This document shows positions 56,509 through 64,000 of a stretch of 64,000 nucleotides of DNA, piece by piece (positions within the stretch are counted from its first letter, which is position 1; every line of letters begins with the position of its first letter). The stretch is from Candidatus Hydrogenedentales bacterium. GTDB lineage: Bacteria; Hydrogenedentota; Hydrogenedentia; Hydrogenedentales; SLHB01. The DNA lies in NCBI GenBank assembly GCA_050950105.1, contig JBMNGZ010000005.1, positions 320,697 through 384,696 of the forward strand, written 5' to 3'. Under the pieces are notes generated by a model. That model was not told where the DNA came from, searched no databases, and saw only the letters and a list, made by a program, of their open reading frames with translations. The translations under genes were made by a program, and so were the position numbers.

Positions 56509-57165
56509 ATGTTACCCTCTGACCCGTATGCCGAAGAACGTGACGCGATGGTGCGGCATCACATTGCCGGGCGCGGCGTCACGGATCCGCGTGTGCTCGC
56601 GGCGATGCGCAGGGTGCTCCGGCACAAATTTGTGCCGAGGGACAAAGCGAATTGCGCGTACGAGGACCGCCCTCTTGAAATTGGTTCCGGCCAGACCATT
56701 TCGCAACCCTATATCGTCGCGAAGATGACTGAAATGCTGGAGTTGACCCCGCAGAGCCGGGTGCTCGAGATTGGGACCGGTTCGGGCTACCAGGCCGCGG
56801 TTCTCGCCGAGCTGGCCGCGGAGGTCATTTCGGTCGAACGTTTCCCTCATCTCGCTGAAGAAGCGCGGATGGCGCTCGAATCGCTCGAATACGACAACGT
56901 GACCGTTGTTATCGGCGACGGGACGCTCGGGTGGCCGGATCGTGCTCCGTACGATGGGATCATCGTGACGGCCGCCGCGCCCGCGATGCCGCCGTCGCTG
57001 CAATCGCAGCTGGCGCCCGGGGGTCGTCTTGTTTGCCCCGTTGGGAGCCGGGAACTCCAGCAACTCAAAGTACTCGTGCGCGGGCCCAGCGGCCGGTTCC
57101 GTGAGTCCGACAGCATCCGCTGCATGTTTGTCCCGCTGGTGGGCAGAGAAGGCTGGCCCGCCTGA
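56509..57165 (+). CDS. pcm: Protein-L-isoaspartate O-methyltransferase
   Basis: GQTISQPYIVA, VLEIGTGSGYQAA, GDGTLGW, APYDGIIVTAA, FVPLVG. Confidence 0.95.
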   Translation: MLPSDPYAEERDAMVRHHIAGRGVTDPRVLAAMRRVLRHKFVPRDKANCAYEDRPLEIGSGQTISQPYIVAKMTEMLELTPQSRVLEIGTGSGYQAAVLAELAAEVISVERFPHLAEEARMALESLEYDNVTVVIGDGTLGWPDRAPYDGIIVTAAAPAMPPSLQSQLAPGGRLVCPVGSRELQQLKVLVRGPSGRFRESDSIRCMFVPLVGREGWPA

Positions 57166-57210
57166 ACCCCGCGCCGAAACCACACAAAGCCCAGGTGAGC
57201 AGGTGATGTC

Positions 57211-58002
57211 ATGAGCATTGTGCATGTCGACGGAATCGGATTTGACCGTAAAGAGAGCGCCATTTTGCGCGACGTCTCGTGGCGTATCGGGCGCGGCAGC
57301 CATTGGGCTCTGCTCGGGGCCAATGGCGCGGGTAAGACCACGTTGTTGAAGATCATCACCGGCTACGAGTGGCCGACCCGGGGAAGTGTGCATGTCCTGG
57401 GCCAGCGTTTTGGCGAATGCAACATCCCCGAGCTGCGTAAAATGGTCGGCTGGGTCAGCAGCGCCCTGGAATCCCGTCTCCCCGGAGACGACACGGCCCT
57501 GGAGGTCGTCATCTCCGGCTTGGACGCCTCACTCGGTGTGTACCGCGCCTTTTCGGATTCGGAACGAGCGCGCGCGCAGGCTGCGCTCGAGCGCGTGAAC
57601 GGGTCGGTACTGGCCGGCCAGACCTACGCGACGCTGTCGCAGGGGGAATGCCAGCGGGTGCTCATCGCGCGGGCGCTCATCGCCAATCCACGGTTGCTGG
57701 TGCTGGATGAGCCCTGCGTGGGCCTGGATCCGGCCGCGCGGTGGCGCTTGCTCGAAGACCTCGCGGCCCTGGTCCGGTTGCCCGATGCGCCCACTGTCAT
57801 CTATGTCACGCACCATATCGAAGAGATCGGGGCCTGGATCGATAACGTGCTGGTTCTCAAAGACGGTGCCGTGCTCGCGCAAGGTGCTCGGGAAGAGATC
57901 CTGCGCGGGCCCGTGCTCTCCGAGGCGTTTGGCCTTCCCTGCCTTGTGGAAAAAACGCGCGAGGCGTACACGCTCCACATCGTGTGCGCCCCGCACGGCT
58001 GA
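57211..58002 (+). CDS. ABC ATP-binding protein (ModF/YlmA-like), no cognate permease nearby
   Basis: GANGAGKT, LSQGE signature, LVLDEP..GLD, VTHH. Confidence 0.85.
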   Translation: MSIVHVDGIGFDRKESAILRDVSWRIGRGSHWALLGANGAGKTTLLKIITGYEWPTRGSVHVLGQRFGECNIPELRKMVGWVSSALESRLPGDDTALEVVISGLDASLGVYRAFSDSERARAQAALERVNGSVLAGQTYATLSQGECQRVLIARALIANPRLLVLDEPCVGLDPAARWRLLEDLAALVRLPDAPTVIYVTHHIEEIGAWIDNVLVLKDGAVLAQGAREEILRGPVLSEAFGLPCLVEKTREAYTLHIVCAPHG

Positions 58003-58024
58003 CTTTACACCGGGCAGTCCGGTA

Positions 58025-58450
58025 TTACCTCTTCTTTTTGGGCGTTTCGTACGGACGCGTGCCCGCGCTGATGGTGCCCTCGACGATACTGCGGACGTCG
58101 CTTTCGGTCAACCCGCTGGCAAGGCATTCCGCCACTGCGTCCACCAGGTGGTTTTTCACCATGGGGCGAACCCGGTCCCGGCAGATCTTCGGGGCTTTTT
58201 CGGCAATGGTGACGCCGACGCCGCGTCGCGTGTGAACCAGCTCGAGCAATTCCAGGTCGCGGTAGGCTTTCGTAACCGTGTTCGGGTTGACTTCGAGCAC
58301 CTCTGACATCTCGCGGACGGAAGGCAGGGTGAATCCTGGTTTTATGCGGCCGGAGGCGATCGCAAATTGAATCTGGTTTTCGATCTGGACATAGACGGCG
58401 ATCGGGCTGTCTATGTTGACGGAGTAGGAGACGTTGCCACTGTTAGTCAT
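58025..58450 (-). CDS. GntR family transcriptional regulator (YtrA-like)
   Basis: PIAVYVQIENQI, LPSVREMS, VNPNTVTKAYRDL, RRGVG; short C-domain; GAGGTG SD. Confidence 0.92.
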   Translation of the reverse strand: MTNSGNVSYSVNIDSPIAVYVQIENQIQFAIASGRIKPGFTLPSVREMSEVLEVNPNTVTKAYRDLELLELVHTRRGVGVTIAEKAPKICRDRVRPMVKNHLVDAVAECLASGLTESDVRSIVEGTISAGTRPYETPKKKR

Positions 58451-58796
58451 TTTTCACCTCTGCATTTGAGGCATCCGGTTTATACAGTGCGGGACGTGCG
58501 CCGTATGAACCTTCCGCCCGCGGTCTTTTATACCGCCAATTGTCACCACTTCTCACAGTACTTTTGCAGCCAGGCTATCCTCTCAACTATACCGTGTGGA
58601 TACTCTTCACGCACTACAGCCCTCAAGTACTATCTGTTAAGAGGCTAAATAGTTTCAGCCTCTTCAACCGCCCCCCCACGCCGTCTCCTCGACGGCTTCC
58701 CAGCGGTTGTGCCGATAAAGGGCAAAAACATGAAGCTACCTTACGGGCGACTGGCTGCCCGGATATGCAGGTAGTTCCGCACACGTTATGAGACTT

Positions 58797-58826
58797 AGGG
58801 TATCGTATAGAATTGTAGGAAGTCAA
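58797..58826 (-). promoter_or_regulatory. Possible sigma70 promoter reading toward gntR
   Basis: TTGACT-18 nt-TACCCT. Confidence 0.4.
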
Positions 58827-58837
58827 GTGTTTCTCTC

Positions 58838-58868
58838 ATAAATACCCTGTTGATATCCGGGTATTTAT
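58838..58868. promoter_or_regulatory. Perfect 10-bp inverted repeat (candidate operator)
   Basis: ATAAATACCC-N11-GGGTATTTAT. Confidence 0.55.
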
Positions 58869-59098
58869 CGCTTCACATGTGCCTGTAAACCAAAAATAAC
58901 ACGTAAAACACAGGATAAAGAGTGGAAAAGCATGAAGCCATGAGCTGGCTGGGTGACTACGTGTAGCCCCACGCGCGTACACTCCGGGCGCTAAAAGCTC
59001 CGCTCCGCGCCATCGAAAACCGGACGCCAGGTTGTTGATGCGGCTTCTTCATCGTTTTGGGCCTTCCTGATCGAACGTGTCGGAGGCAGCCGGCCTTC

Positions 59099-59755
59099 TC
59101 ATACGAGCCGGCCCTCGGACAACTCGAAGGTGACATCCGGGTGAATGCTGTCCACGGATTGATGGCTTACGAGCAGCACCGTGGCCCCGCGCTTTCGCGC
59201 ACGGTCCAGATGTTCCAGTACGGTGTCTGCGCTTGCCGGATCCAGGTTGCCTGTTGGCTCGTCGGCGAGGATGACGGAGGGTTGTTTGAGCAGGGCGCGC
59301 GCCAGGGCACAGCGCTGGCGCTCACCGGCCGACATCTCGTCGGGGTAATGGTTCGCCCGGGACTCCAGACCCAGCTCGGCGAGCAGCTCTCGGGCATGCT
59401 CGGCGGCATTGGCGGATGGTACCGGCGCCAGGGTTGGCAGGAGCACATTTTCGTATGCGGTCAGGTACGGCACGAGGTGAAAGAGCTGGAACACGACCGC
59501 GACGTCGCGCGCACGCAATGCGTCGCGTTCACGGGGCGACAGCGTGTCCAGGCAGGTTCCGGCAACGTGGATGCTGCCCTGTGAGGCGCGGGTGAGCCCT
59601 GCCGCGAGGTTTATCAGCGTGGTTTTTCCGCTGCCGGAGGGTCCGCGCACCAGTGCCAGCTGCCCCGGCTCCGTCTGAAAGGACACGTTGTCGAGGGCAT
59701 GTACCAGGGCCCCGTCTTTGTGAAATTGTTTGGATACGCCATCAAATTGAATCAT
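59099..59755 (-). CDS. ABC ATP-binding protein (LolD/MacB type)
   Basis: GPSGSGKT, VFQLFHL, MSAGERQR, LADEPTGNLD, VSH. Confidence 0.9.
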   Translation of the reverse strand: MIQFDGVSKQFHKDGALVHALDNVSFQTEPGQLALVRGPSGSGKTTLINLAAGLTRASQGSIHVAGTCLDTLSPRERDALRARDVAVVFQLFHLVPYLTAYENVLLPTLAPVPSANAAEHARELLAELGLESRANHYPDEMSAGERQRCALARALLKQPSVILADEPTGNLDPASADTVLEHLDRARKRGATVLLVSHQSVDSIHPDVTFELSEGRLV

Positions 59756-60906
59756 GCTGCTGCCTCCCGCAATGCATCGACCGGATCCTGAAGCAGGCCC
59801 GCCACGATAGACGGCAGACCAAACAAGATTGCTACCAGCGGCGTTATGCCGACAATAAGGGCAAGCGAATTGATGTCTGGCAGCGCCACGCGGTTAGTTA
59901 CGATTATGGACGGCGCCAGCAGGTAGCCCAACACACACCCCACGATCCCGCCCGCGAGGCTGTAGAAGGCAATCTTGGCGATGAAAAGCGCGGCAATTCG
60001 GCCTCCACGAATGCCCAGGGCGCGGAACACGCCGATCTCCGAGCGGCGGTTGCGCACGTTCAAATAGGTCAATCCCCAGATGGCCGTCGCAGCACCCGCG
60101 ATTACGACCGCCACGGTCGCCAGTTGCAGCCGATGGATCATCTCGCGCTGCTCGTGGCGGGCCAGGAGGATGTCACGGTACGGCTCCATGCCGACATCGG
60201 GGAGCACGGAGTGGATGCTGCTTTCTAACGCGCTCAAGACATCTTTGACGTCGACCGGGCACATGCAGGCGAGCGCATCAATGGCGTTGATGCGGCCCTC
60301 TACTCCGAGCAGGGCCTGGACATCGCCCAGGTGCAGGAACAGGCGGATGTCTTCGGGGATGGCGCCTTTGGGTTCGAGGACATCGGCAACCTCGAATGGC
60401 TGGCCAAGGATGGTCACCGCGCTGCCGGGCGTCAGCTCCAGGGCTTTGGCGGCAGCCGCCCCGGCGAACGCTTTCCCCGGCGGGACGTCGTAGGCGGTCG
60501 GCATGGGTTTGCGATAGGCGTTCACTTGGGATTCTTCCCGGCGGAGACCGGTCAGAACGATGGTTTTTCCTTCGACTTGAATGGTCTTCTGATATTTTCC
60601 GACGAAATGCTGGGCGAGTACGGTGCTTGCAGCCAGTTTATCGACGTACTCTTCCGGCATGTCGGGGCCGTCGAAGTTGAGCGCCTGGTACTGGGCGAGA
60701 TCCGCTCCCGGCGGGGTGAGCAGCAGATTGAAGCCCATGTCTTTCATCTGGACACGTGTGGCGTCGACGGAGCTTCGGCTTACGGCAATGATGATTGCCA
60801 ACAGGCTTGTGGCCAGCACGACTATGCAAAAACAGAGCAGGGTGCTCCACTTGGACCGCTGGATCTCGCGCCAGATCATACGGTGCATCGATAGATTTTG
60901 CTTCAT
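59752..60906 (-). CDS. FtsX/MacB-type ABC permease
   Basis: TM1, large periplasmic domain, RNRRSEIGVFRALG, 3 further TM helices; ATG 60906 with GGAGG SD; ATGA overlap with the ATPase. Confidence 0.85.
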   Translation of the reverse strand: MKQNLSMHRMIWREIQRSKWSTLLCFCIVVLATSLLAIIIAVSRSSVDATRVQMKDMGFNLLLTPPGADLAQYQALNFDGPDMPEEYVDKLAASTVLAQHFVGKYQKTIQVEGKTIVLTGLRREESQVNAYRKPMPTAYDVPPGKAFAGAAAAKALELTPGSAVTILGQPFEVADVLEPKGAIPEDIRLFLHLGDVQALLGVEGRINAIDALACMCPVDVKDVLSALESSIHSVLPDVGMEPYRDILLARHEQREMIHRLQLATVAVVIAGAATAIWGLTYLNVRNRRSEIGVFRALGIRGGRIAALFIAKIAFYSLAGGIVGCVLGYLLAPSIIVTNRVALPDINSLALIVGITPLVAILFGLPSIVAGLLQDPVDALREAAA

Positions 60907-61104
60907 GGTTCCTCCGTTCGCGTGCAGCACAGGCGTCACGCCGGCCTTTTTTAATCTGGCTCTGAAGGCGGCAGATGGAAGGTCCCGGGGCGGTCCATGC
61001 GGCCTCGCCATGAACAGCCAGCCCGCCTTGAACACCAATTGCTCCGCGGGACATCCTGCGCCGAAGATAGTCCAGGGCTCCTCGGGTACTACTCTGTCAG
61101 GTCA

Positions 61105-62895
61105 TCACTTGAAAATAAACGTCCCGAAATGTTCGGGCTCGAGGAAATGATAAACGGTTTGCGACCATAAGGTCCATTCGCGCTCCGTGTAGCGTTCCCG
61201 GCAGAGGTTGATGCGTATCGCGTCGCCGGATTCGGGGACCGCCATGTTGAGGGCTCTCCAGGGGATAGCGATCTCTACGGTCCAGAAATCGGGACCCTGC
61301 TGCGTGGCGTGTTGCCAGTCTGGACTGTACTCGGTCTGGAGCACGTCGACATGCAAGCCATCCCAAACCGCGTTTGCCGGGTTGATGGCGAAATGGTAAA
61401 ACGTGGCCGATTCCTCGCTGGGTTTGATAAAGATCTCGACCACGTCGCCGGTGAACAGATAATCGTCGCGACGTTCACCCACAATCTGCAGCTCGGCCAT
61501 TCTGGGCTCTTCACAGTGAAATGCGATGTACAGGTTTTCGTCGTCGTAGGCGGCTCGGGTCTCGGTCTGCGCGGACACGGTTCCCTGGGCCGCTTTCATG
61601 GGTACGAAGGGGTCGAGTGCTTCGGTCTTGCGCCAGAGTTCGTCATTGAGCGCGCCATCGATTTTGGGGCGGGATATCCCGCGCCGGAGGCGCTTGATCT
61701 CCGCAGTCCGAACGACCAGATCGCCCGCGATGGCGTCCTGCTCGCGTTTCTGGGCCGTTTCGATGACCGGGTCCAGGTCAATGTCGAGGCTCTGCGCGTT
61801 GGCGAGCTTGCGCCGCACGGACAAAATAGCCGCCTCGCATCCCTCCGGCACATTCTGGTTTTCCCACCAGTTCATGCGTTCGCTGTAACACCAGACATAT
61901 TTATCGGTGGTGTAGAGGGCCCAGTAGAGGTTGTGCTCGAACCACTGGGCCTGCTGTTCCGGCGTCATGAAATGGCCCAGCACTTTCTGTTCGCGCAGCC
62001 CGAAATACTGGTCGATGTACAGGGCCTGGCCGACGCGAACCTTGTGGCGATAGAGGTCGCGGAATTCATCGGGGATGAGGTACAAGCCCCGCTGGGTGAT
62101 CTGCTGGTATTTTTCGAAGTACTGCTGACGGTCTTTGTAGTAATAGGCGCCTTCGTTGCCGTCAATGATGCGCGTGCCCGCCTGTGAACCGTCGAGCATG
62201 CCTTCGAGAAAGGCGGGCAGCAGCGCGTAGTACTCTTTCGAGAGCTTCTCCTGTCGGAATCCGGGGTCCATGGGCACGCAGAGGTTGGCAAAATAGCTTA
62301 ACTGGAAAAAGGTCAGGACCTGCGGGTCCGGCAGCTCTGCCTCGATGGCCTGTATGAATTGAGCGCCCCGCTGGCGCACTTTCGCTTGATACTCCGCAAA
62401 CGAATAGGTATCGCGATGGGCAGTTTTCGCGTATTCCCAGGGATTTTCTCCATAGGGCTCGGCGTCAAAGCAGATCCCCACGCATCGGGCGAGCCGGGCG
62501 GCGCGCGTCACCAGTCGGGTATTGGTGATGATCTGTTCCCATTGCGCATCGTTGAACCAGTCCTGATCTGAGGCCGCCCACATGATCACGAAGTTGTCTG
62601 TAAAGCGATCCCACTTGATGCGTTCGGCGTGGCTGTAATCTTCTTTGAAGCGCGCTTCACCCCAAGGCTCGGGCACGAAGACGTTACCGCCGCCTTTGAG
62701 GCGGAAAACGAGCCCATCAAAGGGCCGGCGTTCCATTTTGTTGATGTTTTTGCGCACCTGGTCCGTGGTAGGCACATCCCAGCCGTATTCGATCAGCCTT
62801 TTTCCCAGGGGCAACGGGACTTCATTGGGTTTCGCCCACGCGGGAATGACCAGAATGATGGAGGCCAAAACCAAAAGGCATGTACGTGTTTTCAT
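61105..62895 (-). CDS. Secreted protein: putative glycoside-hydrolase-like barrel plus C-terminal CBM9/DOMON-like domain
   Basis: Signal peptide; GICFDAEPY (DxE); C-terminal PKIDGALNDELW...YDDENLYIAF...DVVEIFI...WTVEIAIPW...RINLCR. Confidence 0.65.
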   Translation of the reverse strand: MKTRTCLLVLASIILVIPAWAKPNEVPLPLGKRLIEYGWDVPTTDQVRKNINKMERRPFDGLVFRLKGGGNVFVPEPWGEARFKEDYSHAERIKWDRFTDNFVIMWAASDQDWFNDAQWEQIITNTRLVTRAARLARCVGICFDAEPYGENPWEYAKTAHRDTYSFAEYQAKVRQRGAQFIQAIEAELPDPQVLTFFQLSYFANLCVPMDPGFRQEKLSKEYYALLPAFLEGMLDGSQAGTRIIDGNEGAYYYKDRQQYFEKYQQITQRGLYLIPDEFRDLYRHKVRVGQALYIDQYFGLREQKVLGHFMTPEQQAQWFEHNLYWALYTTDKYVWCYSERMNWWENQNVPEGCEAAILSVRRKLANAQSLDIDLDPVIETAQKREQDAIAGDLVVRTAEIKRLRRGISRPKIDGALNDELWRKTEALDPFVPMKAAQGTVSAQTETRAAYDDENLYIAFHCEEPRMAELQIVGERRDDYLFTGDVVEIFIKPSEESATFYHFAINPANAVWDGLHVDVLQTEYSPDWQHATQQGPDFWTVEIAIPWRALNMAVPESGDAIRINLCRERYTEREWTLWSQTVYHFLEPEHFGTFIFK

Positions 62896-63218
62896 GGAAT
62901 AGCCCCTTCCTTAGTCTTAGATCGCCTGTCTGCTCTTTCCGGTCAACCCAAGCGCGGCCGTTTGCCGGTCTGGTGTGCCACGCTATGGTACGTGTTGACC
63001 CCCAATAAGCACAACCACTCACTCATGTCTATCTCCGCTGCGCCGGTTTGGTTCCCCGCCCAGGACGGGAATTATGGGTGGGATTTTCAACTTGCGGGCG
63101 CCCTGGCATCGCGTGGACGGCGCGCGGAACACCGGGGCTTATGCCTGGACCGTAGCCGCGATCGCGTCTGCGGGGGATTTGGGATGCAGGCGGCTAATCT
63201 GGTACTCTGCAAGCCCCT

Positions 63219-64000
63219 ATGAAGCGCATTCATCCCATACTCCAGGAATACTGGGGATTTGAGACTTTCCGTCCATTTCAGCACGAAGCCGTTGAGGCGA
63301 TTCTGGAGGGCCGGGACTCGCTCGTGGTGTTGCCGACGGGCGGGGGCAAATCGCTGTGTTACCAGGCGCCGGCGCTGGCCCTGGACGGGCTGGCGGTCGT
63401 TGTGTCCCCGTTGATCTCACTGATGAAGGACCAGGTTGACGCCTTGCGGCAGCGTGGAATTCCCGCGCACTTCCTGAACAGCGCTCAATCCCCGGAAGAG
63501 CAGCGAAAAGTGTTCGCAGACCTGCGCTCCTGCCGGACGCGCCTGCTCTATGTCGCCCCGGAACGGCTCACGCAAACGTATTTTCTCGAGTTTCTGCGTG
63601 CGCAGCGGGTCGCCTATTTCGTTGTGGATGAGGCCCACTGCATCAGCATGTGGGGCCACGATTTCCGGCCCAGTTACCGCGCGCTGTGTTGCCTGCGCGA
63701 ACAATTCCCCCAAGCCCGCATCCATGCCTACACCGCCACCGCCACCCAGCGTGTGCGGGACGATATCATCCGTTCACTTCGCCTTGATGCGCCTTCGGTG
63801 CTCATTGGTTCGTTTGACCGGCCCAACCTGACGTACTGGTTTGTGCCGCGCAGCAACCTCTATGCGCAGCTTCGGGTCATTGCAGCCAGGCACCGTGGCC
63901 AGGCAGGGATCGTGTATTGCGCCCGGCGGGCGGATGTCGAGCAGTTGTCCGCATTTTTGAAGCGTTCGGGATACCGCAGCATGCCCTATCACGCGGGGCT
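63219..64000 (+). CDS. recQ: ATP-dependent DNA helicase RecQ, truncated at window end; not in ORF track
   Basis: Translated by hand: YWGFETFRPFQ, LPTGGGKSLCYQ, SPLISLMKDQV, YVAPERL, VDEAHCISMWGHDFRP, TATAT, FDRPNL. Confidence 0.95.
   Translation, partial: MKRIHPILQEYWGFETFRPFQHEAVEAILEGRDSLVVLPTGGGKSLCYQAPALALDGLAVVVSPLISLMKDQVDALRQRGIPAHFLNSAQSPEEQRKVFADLRSCRTRLLYVAPERLTQTYFLEFLRAQRVAYFVVDEAHCISMWGHDFRPSYRALCCLREQFPQARIHAYTATATQRVRDDIIRSLRLDAPSVLIGSFDRPNLTYWFVPRSNLYAQLRVIAARHRGQAGIVYCARRADVEQLSAFLKRSGYRSMPYHAG

Noticed and set aside
58700-58870. Matches to purine (CTACC...CCGTAA), c-di-GMP (AGGGCAAA), TPP (ATACCC) or cobalamin (CTGGGAAG) riboswitch fragments
   Set aside because: Only isolated words match and the spacing and flanking conserved elements do not fit; kept only as an unclassified structured leader.

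Overview
GC-rich bacterial chromosomal window (roughly 60-65% GC by eye, not computed) with about 47 credible CDSs. I saw no tRNA, rRNA, CRISPR array, prophage or transposase. The gene repertoire (prepilin/DUF1559/H-X9-DG protein, Tat-exported Gfo/Idh/MocA, PmoA/DUF6807-like protein, YncE-phosphoesterases, ceramidase-C45 fusion) suggests a PVC-like or Hydrogenedentes-like lineage; this is inference only. Main blocks: an XPB-addB-addA-peptidase run followed by glgX; a Leu-rich leader peptide plus terminator (attenuator, absent from the ORF track) upstream of a catalytically eroded LeuA homolog and a HAAS-PspC membrane protein; mscL; a ceramidase/C45 fusion lacking catalytic residues; scpA-yraN; a divergent pair of YncE-phosphoesterase paralogs; a 4-PAS hybrid kinase; sodB; sugar oxidoreductase genes; a PCMH-like flavoprotein; glxK; rpmG (missing from the ORF track); a patch of REP/MITE-like palindromes; an nnrE-thpR-yggT-pcm repair operon; a GntR gene with a long structured leader; a MacB-like ABC pair; a GH-like/CBM9 protein; and a truncated recQ. 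The best leads are the leucine attenuator controlling a LeuA pseudoenzyme, the XPB-AddAB operon, the double-pseudoenzyme fusion and the metabolite/RNA/protein repair operon. All family assignments come from motif recognition by eye, not database searches.
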